From the sequence record SRR20825006_904: a stretch of DNA of 42,930 bases; one strand, 5' to 3'. How positions within the stretch are numbered: position 1 is the stretch's first letter; each line of letters opens with the position of its first letter. The notes under the pieces are model-generated. The model was given only the letters and a program-made list of their open reading frames with translations. It searched no databases and was not told where the DNA came from. Position numbers and translations under genes: made by a program. Shown here piece by piece: positions 17,555-26,327 of the stretch.

Positions 17555-19444
17555 TTATTCCTCGTCGGCTTGTGCCGATTCCAGTTGTTCGCTGGCTTCA
17601 AGCCAGTCACTTTCTGTTTGCTCCAAAGCGGCTTTCAAGTCCGCTTGCTGCTGTAACAGTGTTTTCAATTTGTCCTTAGCCGCTTCGCTGTATAGCGAGG
17701 TGTCAGCCAGTTGTGTTTCCAGATCAGTCAGTGACCGGGTCAACTTTTCCATCTCTTTTTCAGCCGTCTTGACCTTGTTACGTAGCGGCTGCATTTTCTG
17801 CCTGCGAGCGGCGGCAAGCTGACGGTCCTGCTTTTTATTCGAGGCAACCTGTTCGGCTGGCTTTTTCTCCTGTTTGTCCTGATTCAGCAACCACTGACGA
17901 TAATCATCCAGATCGCCGTCAAAAGAGCGAGCTTCACCGTCTGCCACCAACCACAAGTCATCAGCCACGGTTCGTAACAAATGGCGATCATGCGAGACGA
18001 CCACCAGGGCGCCTTCAAACTCCTGCAGCGCGACAGTCAGCGCTAGCCGCATTTCCAGGTCCAAATGGTTGGTAGGCTCATCGAGCAATAAAAGAGCCGG
18101 TTTCTGGTAAACCAGAATCGCCAGAACCAAACGGGCTTTTTCACCGCCGGAAAACGGTGCCACCTTCTCCAGTGCTTTATCGCCGTTGAAACCGAAACCA
18201 CCGAGAAAGTCACGCAGTTCCTGCTCTGTTGCTTTTGGGTCAAGACGCTGTAAGTGACGTAGTGGGCTATCTTCAGGACGCAACTGTTCCAGTTGATGCT
18301 GAGCAAAATAGCCGATGCGGATATCCTTGGCTTCGCGGCGTTTGCCGGCAAGCGGCGCCAGCACACCGGCAATCAGCTTAATCAGCGTGGATTTACCGGC
18401 ACCGTTGGGACCGAGCAAACCAACCCGGTCACCCGGTGTCAGGCTCAGTTCAATCTTGCTGATTAAGGCTGTGTCACCATAGCCGACTGCCGCTTTATCC
18501 AGACTCAGCAAGGGCGTTGCCAGCCGTGTTGGTGGCAGAAAGCTGAAATGAAACGGCGAGTCCACATGGGCCGGCGCAATCTTTTCCATTCTTTCCAGCG
18601 CTTTAACTCGGCTCTGTGCCTGCCTTGCTTTTGTGGCTTTGGCTTTAAAACGGGTCACAAAGCTGCGCATATGGGCAATTTCACGCTGCTGTTTCTGATA
18701 AGCCGACTGCTGATTGGCCAGATGTTCGGCACGGGCCAACTCAAAGTCGGAATAGCTGCCGGTATAAAGCTTGATGCGCTGGTGCTCGATATGGGCAACG
18801 TGAGTCACGACCCGGTCCAGAAAATCACGATCATGCGAAATCACCAGCAAGGTGCCAGGATAGGAGCGCAGCCAGTCTTCCAGCCAGTAAACCGCCTCCA
18901 GATCAAGGTGGTTAGTCGGTTCATCCAGTAGTAATAAATCCGAACGGCACATCAGTGCCTGGGCCAGATTCAAACGCATGCGCCAGCCACCGGAAAAAGC
19001 CGTCACCGGCCAGTTTTCCTGGCCGTTTTTAAAGCCCAGGCCGTGCATCAGCTTCCCGGCACGGCTCTCCGCACTGTATCCATCAATGCTCAGGAGTTTG
19101 TCATGCAGTTCACTCTGGCGGTGACCATCGCCCTCTGCTTCGGCATCAGCCAGCTGCTGTCGAAGCCGGGTCAATTCAGTGTCACCTTCGAGTACGTATT
19201 CGATGGCAGCTGTTTCTACCGCCGGCGTTTCCTGCGCCACGTAGGCTGTCACCCAGCTGTCGGGTATCGATACCTCTCCACTGTCGGCATGCAGCTCATC
19301 GCGTAACAGCGCAAACAGGCTGGACTTGCCGGTGCCGTTAGCACCAGTCAGCCCGATACGCTGGCCGGGATGAATAATCAGGTTGGCCGATTCAAACAGT
19401 AACTTGCTGCCACGGCGCAGCGAAACCTGGCTGAATTTAATCAT
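17555..19444 (-). CDS. yheS: ABC-F ATPase YheS
   Basis: [55 protein letters not shown] and GYFAQHQLE. Confidence 0.93.
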   Translation of the reverse strand: MIKFSQVSLRRGSKLLFESANLIIHPGQRIGLTGANGTGKSSLFALLRDELHADSGEVSIPDSWVTAYVAQETPAVETAAIEYVLEGDTELTRLRQQLADAEAEGDGHRQSELHDKLLSIDGYSAESRAGKLMHGLGFKNGQENWPVTAFSGGWRMRLNLAQALMCRSDLLLLDEPTNHLDLEAVYWLEDWLRSYPGTLLVISHDRDFLDRVVTHVAHIEHQRIKLYTGSYSDFELARAEHLANQQSAYQKQQREIAHMRSFVTRFKAKATKARQAQSRVKALERMEKIAPAHVDSPFHFSFLPPTRLATPLLSLDKAAVGYGDTALISKIELSLTPGDRVGLLGPNGAGKSTLIKLIAGVLAPLAGKRREAKDIRIGYFAQHQLEQLRPEDSPLRHLQRLDPKATEQELRDFLGGFGFNGDKALEKVAPFSGGEKARLVLAILVYQKPALLLLDEPTNHLDLEMRLALTVALQEFEGALVVVSHDRHLLRTVADDLWLVADGEARSFDGDLDDYRQWLLNQDKQEKKPAEQVASNKKQDRQLAAARRQKMQPLRNKVKTAEKEMEKLTRSLTDLETQLADTSLYSEAAKDKLKTLLQQQADLKAALEQTESDWLEASEQLESAQADEE

Positions 19445-19502
19445 GCGCGGCCTCTTCAGCCCTGCCAGTTGGCAGAAACAGTAATCCAGTGAAATTTATC
19501 AT

Positions 19503-19518
19503 GGCGCGCATTGTAGCA
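19503..19518 (-). promoter_or_regulatory. Extended -10 promoter with GC-rich discriminator for yheS-uup
   Basis: Minus strand TGcTACAAT followed by GCGCGCC. Confidence 0.55.
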
Positions 19519-19545
19519 AGCGCGGCGGCTGGAAGCAGGTTTGTA

Positions 19546-20232
19546 TTAAACCGGCATCTCCGGCAACTGCCAGTTAATCGGTTTCATGCCGTGCTTTTCA
19601 AGGTATTGATTCGCCTGACTGAAATGCCGGCAACCAAAAAAGCCGCGATGGGCTGACAACGGCGATGGATGCGGCGCTTTGAGGACCAGGTGCTTGCTGC
19701 TATCAATCATCGTGCCTTTACGCTGGGCATAACTGCCCCAGAGCATAAACACCACATTGTTGCGCTGTTCATTGATAGTCTCAATGACTTTATCGGTAAA
19801 CAGTTCCCAACCTTTCCCCTGATGGGAGTTGGCATTTGAGTCCTCTACCGTCAGCACCGCATTGAGCAATAGCACACCCTGTCTGGCCCAGCTTTCCAGA
19901 TAGCCGTGATTCACCGGTTTGATGTCCAGATCGCTGTTCAGTTCTTTATAAATATTCATCAGTGAAGGCGGAATTTTAATACCGGGCTGAACCGAAAAAC
20001 ACAGGCCATGTGCCTGCCCCGGTTGGTGATAAGGATCCTGCCCCAGGATGACGACTTTGACCTCATTCAGCGGGGTGGTTTCCAGCGCGTGAAACCAGTT
20101 GGCTGAATGCGGGTAAATGACTTTCTGTTTGTCTTTTTCGCTACGCAGAAATTGCTTCAGATCTTGCATATAGGGTGCTTCGAACTCAGTCTGCAAAGCC
20201 TGTTGCCAGTCGGGGGCTTTTTCCAGAACCAT
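19546..20232 (-). CDS. ung: Uracil-DNA glycosylase
   Basis: Motifs [27 protein letters not shown] and HPSPLS. Confidence 0.99.
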   Translation of the reverse strand: MVLEKAPDWQQALQTEFEAPYMQDLKQFLRSEKDKQKVIYPHSANWFHALETTPLNEVKVVILGQDPYHQPGQAHGLCFSVQPGIKIPPSLMNIYKELNSDLDIKPVNHGYLESWARQGVLLLNAVLTVEDSNANSHQGKGWELFTDKVIETINEQRNNVVFMLWGSYAQRKGTMIDSSKHLVLKAPHPSPLSAHRGFFGCRHFSQANQYLEKHGMKPINWQLPEMPV

Positions 20233-20388
20233 TGCCTATCCTCTTACTTTTATTGCTCCAGATAATACCCAATTCGTGTAGTTTCTGCTGAGCTTGGGAA
20301 GACTGCCCTGGCAAAAGCAGGAGTCACGCTGATGCATCGACAAATGCATGCCTGCTAGTCTCTCTGCTACGACATAAAAGGAATTCCG

Positions 20389-20868
20389 GTGAGACTGACC
20401 CACCTTTTTTACCTGCTTCTTTTGCTTACTCTCGTTGCCTGCAGTGAGGATGACTTTGGTTTATCCAGTGACAGCTCGGTCAACAACCCAGCATCAAATG
20501 AGGGAGTACCGCTATGGTTAGAAGCGCATCATGAGATTAATCCTGCAGACTGGCTGATTATTCGCAGTCAGGCGGCGCTTGAAGGTGAGATTACCAGTCA
20601 GCCGCACCGCGTTAATTTGTTGAAAAAAGCCTCACAGCATTTTCGTGAGAGTCCGCGGATGATAGCCAACCGTGCCGTTCAGTTGGAAGATATGTTGCGG
20701 GAAATAGGCATTGAAGAAAGCGCCGTCAGCCTGATTGATAACTTCACGCACTTGCCAACGCAGGGTACACCGCATAACTTTTCGGCCTACTGCCAGTATT
20801 ATTTCAACATCCGCGCCAAGGGCTACCCGCAAGGCTATGCGCTGACCGAATTATCCAGACTCAAATAA
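20389..20868 (+). CDS. MxaH-like lipoprotein (methanol-oxidation-associated family)
   Basis: Lipobox LVAC; WL...PADWL, FRESPRMIANRAVQLEDML and YCQYYFNIR resemble MxaH proteins as I recall them. GTG start preceded by AAGGA. Confidence 0.55.
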   Translation: MRLTHLFYLLLLLTLVACSEDDFGLSSDSSVNNPASNEGVPLWLEAHHEINPADWLIIRSQAALEGEITSQPHRVNLLKKASQHFRESPRMIANRAVQLEDMLREIGIEESAVSLIDNFTHLPTQGTPHNFSAYCQYYFNIRAKGYPQGYALTELSRLK

Positions 20869-20921
20869 AAAAGCACAGTGCCCCCGTTTGCAGGATAGGA
20901 GAGGATGAAGGCACCGTGCTT
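20867..20921 (-). terminator. Large-loop intrinsic terminator of cpxP
   Basis: Minus strand AAGCACGGTGCCTTC-21-nt loop-GGGGGCACTGTGCTT followed by TTTT. Confidence 0.7.
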
Positions 20922-20939
20922 ATAATCAGGTCCTGTTGA

Positions 20940-21392
20940 TCAGGACTGTTTGTGCTTCTGCTTCCATGCTTCCAGCTTGGCTTCCAGTTGTTGCTGCTGT
21001 TCAGCAGTCAGCAAATTGTATATTTCATGATGGAAACGCGCCCGCGCCAGCGCCGCTTCTTTTTTCATGGCCAGGGATTTATCGATCAGTTTTTCCAGCT
21101 CAACTTCATTCAGGTCCTCAGCGCGTGTCAGTTCATGAATTGCTTTTTTGGTTTGCCAGTATTCGCCTTTGCTAGCCTTACGATCGGCATGACGTTTTTC
21201 CATCATCGCTTTCACCTGGGCCTGCTGGGTCTCTGTCAGATCGATATCACGCAGATAAAACGGCATGTCACCGGCTTTCTTGTGTTTCATATGGTGTTTA
21301 TGGCCATCACATTGTTTTGGCTCGTGCTCAGCAGCATGAGCAGTACCCATCAGCGGGATCAAACATAACGCCATCATCAGTTTTTTCATCAT
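20940..21392 (-). CDS. cpxP: Spy/CpxP family periplasmic chaperone/adaptor
   Basis: Signal peptide ending AHA-A, two LTxxQ motifs (LTETQ and LTAEQ), divergent from an OmpR-family TCS. Start ATG 21392 follows AGGAG. Confidence 0.85.
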   Translation of the reverse strand: MMKKLMMALCLIPLMGTAHAAEHEPKQCDGHKHHMKHKKAGDMPFYLRDIDLTETQQAQVKAMMEKRHADRKASKGEYWQTKKAIHELTRAEDLNEVELEKLIDKSLAMKKEAALARARFHHEIYNLLTAEQQQQLEAKLEAWKQKHKQS

Positions 21393-21466
21393 AGATCTCC
21401 TTTTGAGAATCAAAATTAAGCCTTGGAGGCTGTGCAAAACACGCTGTCAGTATCAGCCAGATACCG

Positions 21467-21502
21467 GTAAAGAAACGTTAGTGACAGGTAAAAATAGGTA
21501 AA
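21467..21502. promoter_or_regulatory. Tandem CpxR boxes
   Basis: Perfect GTAAA-N5-GTAAA at 21488-21502 and a degenerate GTAAA-N5-GTTAG at 21467-21481, spaced 21 bp apart. Confidence 0.85.
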
Positions 21503-21571
21503 GATGTAGGCTGCACACTGGTTGCAGCCAAAGCGAGTCGCTATGATTGGATCATCATAGAGAGAGATTAC

Positions 21572-22258
21572 ATGGTGGCTTCAGTACTTATTATTGATGA
21601 CGATGTCGAACTGGCTGAGCTGTTTGAGGATTACCTTCAGCAGGAGCAGTTCAAAGTCGAGACCCGTTTCAACGGTCAAGATGGGCTTGAGGCGGCTTTA
21701 TCCGGTCGTTTCGAACTTGTCATCCTTGATATGATGTTGCCCGATATCAAAGGTACCGATATTCTCCGGCAGATCCGCCAGCACAGTCTGATACCGGTGC
21801 TGATGTTCACAGCAAAAGGCGATGATATCGATCGGATCATCGGTCTTGAATCCGGCGCGGATGATTATGTGCCCAAACCCTGCTCGCCGCGCGAACTGGT
21901 CGCCCGTATTCGTGCCATTTTAAGGCGTACCGAATATAGCAACCGCAATGAGCAGCACCAGCTCAGTATCGGTCCATTATCGATTTTTTCCGAGAGCCGC
22001 CAGGCATTCTGGTTTGATGACATACTGGATCTGACCAGTACCGAATTCAATCTGCTTGAAGTACTGGCGCGTCAGGCCGGTCATGTCGTCAGCAAGCAGG
22101 CACTGTCACAACAGGCTCTGGGACGACCACTGGCAAGATTTGATCGCAGTATTGATGTGCATATGAGCAGCATCCGCCAGAAGCTGGGCCAGCATGCCGA
22201 TGGGCATCACCTGATCCAGACTATTCGGGGTCAGGGCTATCAGTTAATCAAGGAATAG
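21572..22258 (+). CDS. cpxR: OmpR-family response regulator, CpxR-like
   Basis: Receiver domain (IIDDD, LDMMLP, GADDYVPKP) plus winged helix (LTSTEFNLL, DRSIDVHMSSIRQKL, TIRGQGY); divergent cpxP and CpxR boxes. Confidence 0.85.
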   Translation: MVASVLIIDDDVELAELFEDYLQQEQFKVETRFNGQDGLEAALSGRFELVILDMMLPDIKGTDILRQIRQHSLIPVLMFTAKGDDIDRIIGLESGADDYVPKPCSPRELVARIRAILRRTEYSNRNEQHQLSIGPLSIFSESRQAFWFDDILDLTSTEFNLLEVLARQAGHVVSKQALSQQALGRPLARFDRSIDVHMSSIRQKLGQHADGHHLIQTIRGQGYQLIKE

Positions 22259-22260
22259 GC

Positions 22261-23610
22261 ATGGGTCGGCTGTTCTGGAAATTTTTCTTCTCTTTCTGGC
22301 TGACGCTACTGGCGGCTGCAATTAGCACCGGTAGTTTTGTCTGGCTCAAACATGCCACCGATGATGACCCACTGTCACGGGATGAACGCCTGATCGACTA
22401 TCATGGCATTCCCTATGTTCAGGTAGCAGCCGATATCAGTCGAATTCAGGGTCTGGAAGCACTCTCAGCCTTTCTGAAACAAAGTCAGCAAAACAGCTTA
22501 ATGACTGTGATGGCCGTCAATACGGATAATCAGGATTTGCTGGGACGAAGCGTTGATTTGGCGGCACTGTCCCAGGCAAGACAACTGCTTGCCAAAGGCA
22601 AGGACAAGATTATTGAGCAGATCCGTGTCGATAATCAGCCATTCCTGCTCTACGCCCCCCTCGCCGAACCTGAAAAAGCGCCGGGACCATTGTTCAAGAA
22701 AAGCTGGGTACTGAAGCATTTACCCTTATTACTGATCATTATTTCGGCCATACTGGCCAGCCTGTTTTTCAGCGGTTTGCTGGCCTGGTATTTCACCCGG
22801 CCCATCAGCAGCCTTAAACAGGCATTTCAGGCTGTTGCTGACGGTAAACTGGATACGCGGGTGAGTCCGGCCATGAGAAAACGCCGCGATGAACTTGCTG
22901 AACTGGGTGAAAACTTCGATTTCATGACTTCCCAGATTAGCAGTCTGGTCAATGGCCAGCGTCAGTTACTGCATGATGTTTCCCATGAACTGCGTTCTCC
23001 GCTTGCCCGTATGCAGGCTGCCATCGGCCTTGCCCAGCAGCAGCCGGAAAAGGTCAACAGCACGCTCAACCGGCTGGAAAAAGAAGCAGAAAGAATGAGC
23101 GATCTGGTTGGCGAACTATTGCTGCTGTCGCGAATGGAAACCGGCGTCAGCCATAACCAGCCAGCAGAGATTGATATCAACCTGCTGCTCGATGAAATCG
23201 TCGCCGATGCCCGGTTTGAAGCAGAAGCCAAATCAGTTCATATCCTCTATCAGCATGACGGCCGGGTCAGTCTGCATGGCCAGCAGGAGCTGCTGCATCG
23301 GGCGATTGAGAATGTGCTGCGCAATGCTATCAGGTTCAGTGATGCCGGCGACAGTATCAGTCTTCGTGCTGGCCTGGATGCGACCGGCAAACAGTTTGAG
23401 ATTCTGATTGAAGATGAGGGGCCGGGGGTCAGTGATGACGACCTGGATAAACTGTTCCGGCCATTTTTTCGCGGCGAGCCACAACGACGTGACGGTATCG
23501 GTCTGGGACTAACGATTGCCCAGCGCGCAGTCGCATCACACCGAGGTCAGATTGAAGCGAAAAACCGTCCCCAGGGTGGACTCAGAATGCGGATCAGCCT
23601 GCCTGTCTGA
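22261..23610 (+). CDS. cpxA: Sensor histidine kinase, CpxA-like
   Basis: MGRLFWKFF, two TMs, a HAMP domain, DVSHELRSPL, ENVLRNA, DEGPG and GIGLGL. Confidence 0.85.
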   Translation: MGRLFWKFFFSFWLTLLAAAISTGSFVWLKHATDDDPLSRDERLIDYHGIPYVQVAADISRIQGLEALSAFLKQSQQNSLMTVMAVNTDNQDLLGRSVDLAALSQARQLLAKGKDKIIEQIRVDNQPFLLYAPLAEPEKAPGPLFKKSWVLKHLPLLLIIISAILASLFFSGLLAWYFTRPISSLKQAFQAVADGKLDTRVSPAMRKRRDELAELGENFDFMTSQISSLVNGQRQLLHDVSHELRSPLARMQAAIGLAQQQPEKVNSTLNRLEKEAERMSDLVGELLLLSRMETGVSHNQPAEIDINLLLDEIVADARFEAEAKSVHILYQHDGRVSLHGQQELLHRAIENVLRNAIRFSDAGDSISLRAGLDATGKQFEILIEDEGPGVSDDDLDKLFRPFFRGEPQRRDGIGLGLTIAQRAVASHRGQIEAKNRPQGGLRMRISLPV

Positions 23611-23661
23611 GGGCCTTTGGCTGAATTCAATTAGCAGGAAATAAAATATATAAAAAAACGC

Positions 23662-23693
23662 TTGCAAAACTAAATGCAAATCATTATTATTTA
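23662..23693 (+). promoter_or_regulatory. Sigma70 promoter overlapped by a Fur box
   Basis: TTGCAA (23662-67)-17 bp-TATTAT (23685-90) with an A-rich UP-like region upstream. AATGCAAAT-C-ATTATTATT (23673-91) matches 15/18 positions of AATGATAAT-N-ATTATCATT. Confidence 0.8.
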
Positions 23694-23695
23694 TA

Positions 23696-23799
23696 ACCGA
23701 TGGAGCTGAGATGCCTTGCTTATCCCGCGCATTGATACTCCCTCTCTCTTAAATCTGAAAACCGAGTTTTGCCGGCCTTCTCCAGGCCGGCATTTTTTT
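23696..23799 (+). ncRNA. Candidate Fur-repressed small RNA (RyhB/PrrF functional analogue)
   Basis: About 104-nt unit between the Fur-box promoter and a strong terminator, with a CU-rich stretch ACUCCCUCUCUC just upstream of the terminator. The 5' end is approximate. Confidence 0.65.
23770..23799 (+). terminator. Rho-independent terminator of the candidate sRNA
   Basis: TGCCGGCCT-TCTCC-AGGCCGGCA-TTTTTTT. Confidence 0.9.
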
Positions 23800-23881
23800 C
23801 AGATAATCCACTCCACTGCTGAATTTTTGTACAACTTTGCTTACAATGACGTCCAGTCGAAGCTGAACTGTTGTGCAAAAC

Positions 23882-24280
23882 ATGTCTGACAAACTCGAAA
23901 AAACTGAAACTCAATGGCGAGAGCAGCTTACTGAAGAGCAGTATTTTGTCACCCGCAAAGCCGGTACCGAGCCCCCCTTTTCCGGTGCTTATGTCGACAA
24001 ACAGGATGACGGCACCTATCGCTGTGTCTGTTGTCATCAAGCCCTTTTCAATTCTGAAACCAAGTTTGACTCCGGTTGTGGCTGGCCCAGCTTCTATGCT
24101 CAGGTCGATGTTGACGCCATCACCCACCACGCTGACTACAGCAACGGCATGGACCGTACCGAAGTGCGGTGTCAACACTGCGATGCCCATCTGGGCCATG
24201 TTTTTGATGACGGCCCGGCACCGACCGGCCTTCGTTACTGTATTAATTCAGTAGCACTGGATTTTGATGCTGATAAATAA
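23882..24280 (+). CDS. msrB: Peptide-methionine (R)-S-oxide reductase
   Basis: GTEPPFSG, two CxxC motifs, [21 protein letters not shown] and RYCINS. Confidence 0.98.
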   Translation: MSDKLEKTETQWREQLTEEQYFVTRKAGTEPPFSGAYVDKQDDGTYRCVCCHQALFNSETKFDSGCGWPSFYAQVDVDAITHHADYSNGMDRTEVRCQHCDAHLGHVFDDGPAPTGLRYCINSVALDFDADK

Positions 24281-24310
24281 ATGCGCTACCGCGCTGGATA
24301 GGCCTCAGCA

Positions 24311-24583
24311 GTGACAACCAAATCCGAAAAGCCTGCTGACTGGTTCGTTTATATTATCGAGACCGATAACGGTAAGCTTTACACTGGCATTACCACCGAC
24401 CTGAACAGGCGCTTTGAACAGCACCGCAAACAAAGCGGCGGTGCCCGCTTCTTTCATACCAGTCCGGCGCGCAAACTGGTGTACCAGGAACCCCATCCCG
24501 ACCGCAGCAGTGCCTCCAAACGTGAAGCGGCTATCAAAAAACTCTCTCGACAAGGCAAACTGGCCCTTATTCGCAGCCGCTAA
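24311..24583 (+). CDS. GIY-YIG nuclease family protein (UPF0213/YhbQ-like)
   Basis: WFVYII...LYTGITTDLNRRFEQH...GARF...SASKREAAIKKL. Confidence 0.9.
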   Translation: MTTKSEKPADWFVYIIETDNGKLYTGITTDLNRRFEQHRKQSGGARFFHTSPARKLVYQEPHPDRSSASKREAAIKKLSRQGKLALIRSR

Positions 24584-24643
24584 GTCTGTGTATAATGGCG
24601 CGTTTTTCACATCGCCCCCCGGGCTCTCCTCAGGATCTGTCTC

Positions 24644-26239
24644 TTGCTAAGTACTGCCAACCTCACCATGCAATTCGGGGCCAAGCCCCTGTTCGAAAAC
24701 GTCTCGGTTAAATTCGGAGACGGCAACCGTTATGGCCTGATCGGTGCCAATGGCTGTGGTAAATCCACATTCATGAAAATTCTGGCCGGTGATCTGGAAC
24801 CCAGTTCCGGTAATGTCAGCCGCGATCCCAATGAATCTTTTGCGGTACTGAAACAGGATCAGTTCGCTTACGAAGATCAACGCGTGATTGACGTGGTCAT
24901 CATGGGGGACAAGACCCTGTGGGAAGTACATCACGAACGTGATCGCATCTACAGCCTGCCGGAAATGAGTGAAGAAGACGGCATTAAGGTTGCCGAACTC
25001 GAAGGTCAGTATGCTGAACTCGACGGTTATACCGCCGAAGCCCGCGCTGGCGAATTACTGTTGGGTGTAGGTATTCCGGTTGAACAACACTATGGCCCGA
25101 TGAGTGAAATCGCGCCGGGCTGGAAGCTGCGTATATTGCTGGCTCAGGTACTGTTTGCTGATCCGGATATTCTGCTGCTTGATGAGCCCACCAACCACCT
25201 GGATATCAATACTATCCGCTGGCTGGAAGATATATTGAATCAGCGCAACAGCACCATGGTGATCATCTCGCATGATCGTCACTTTCTGAATAGCGTCTGC
25301 ACCCATATGGCTGATATGGATTACGGTGAGCTCCGCGTTTATCCCGGTAACTACGACGATTATATGATTGCCTCCACACAGGCCCGTGAACGTCTGCAAG
25401 CGGATAATGCCAAGAAAAAAGCCCAGATCAAGGAGCTACAGGAATTCGTTTCCCGTTTCTCGGCCAATGCTTCCAAAGCCAAACAGGCCACCTCGCGGCA
25501 GAAGCAGATTGAAAAGATTCAACTGGATGACATTAAACCTTCCAGCCGGGTCAACCCCTATATCCGCTTCAACCAGGAAAAGAAACTGTTCCGTAATGCA
25601 CTGGAAGTCAGCAAGATCAGCCAGTTTTATGACGGTGAAAAACCGCTGTTTGAGGACTTCAGTTTTATCACCGAGGTGGGAGAGCGTATTGCTGTTATCG
25701 GTCCCAACGGGATCGGTAAAACCACGCTGGTTAAAACCCTGGTGGGTGACATGCCGCCGCAAAGCGGTGAAGTGAAATGGTCGGAGAATGCCAATATCGG
25801 TTATTACGCGCAGGATCATGACCACCTGTTTAAAAATAACATGAACCTGTATGACTGGATGGCGCAATGGGCCGGTCCGGATGATGATGAACAGGTCATT
25901 CGCGGCACTTTGGGACGGCTGCTTTTTTCAGGCCATATCATCGATAAAAAGGTCAATGTTTTATCCGGCGGTGAGAAAGGCCGGATGCTGCTGGGCAAAC
26001 TGATCCTGCAACGCCCCAACATCCTGATAATGGATGAACCGACCAACCATATGGATATGGAGTCAATTGAATCGCTCAACATGGCATTGGAACAGTTTGA
26101 CGGGACCCTGTTTTTTGTCAGTCACGACCGGGAATTCGTGTCTTCATTGGCAACCCGCATCTTTGATATGGAAGCCGAAGGGCTCACTGATTTCCATGGC
26201 AGTTATGATGAATATCTGCAGAGTCTGGGCATTAACTAA
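24644..26239 (+). CDS. ybiT: ABC-F ATPase YbiT
   Basis: [41 protein letters not shown] and [18 protein letters not shown] start; TATAAT at 24591-96 followed by a GC-rich discriminator. Confidence 0.96.
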   Translation: MLSTANLTMQFGAKPLFENVSVKFGDGNRYGLIGANGCGKSTFMKILAGDLEPSSGNVSRDPNESFAVLKQDQFAYEDQRVIDVVIMGDKTLWEVHHERDRIYSLPEMSEEDGIKVAELEGQYAELDGYTAEARAGELLLGVGIPVEQHYGPMSEIAPGWKLRILLAQVLFADPDILLLDEPTNHLDINTIRWLEDILNQRNSTMVIISHDRHFLNSVCTHMADMDYGELRVYPGNYDDYMIASTQARERLQADNAKKKAQIKELQEFVSRFSANASKAKQATSRQKQIEKIQLDDIKPSSRVNPYIRFNQEKKLFRNALEVSKISQFYDGEKPLFEDFSFITEVGERIAVIGPNGIGKTTLVKTLVGDMPPQSGEVKWSENANIGYYAQDHDHLFKNNMNLYDWMAQWAGPDDDEQVIRGTLGRLLFSGHIIDKKVNVLSGGEKGRMLLGKLILQRPNILIMDEPTNHMDMESIESLNMALEQFDGTLFFVSHDREFVSSLATRIFDMEAEGLTDFHGSYDEYLQSLGIN

Positions 26240-26327
26240 AAAAACAGCTGCTGCTGCAAGAAGGTCTCAACTTTTGTCATTTTTTCATGCTAGTGTAGAT
26301 GCATACCTAAGCCATGAGGGAACATAG

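Noticed and set aside
23720-24199. 159-aa minus-strand ORF covering the sRNA region
   Set aside because: It is mostly antisense to msrB with no motif, and the promoter and terminator signals point to the plus strand.
24311-24583. GIY-YIG protein as a homing endonuclease or defence nuclease
   Set aside because: It is a 90-aa stand-alone UPF0213-type protein with no intron, DNA-binding extension or defence neighbours.
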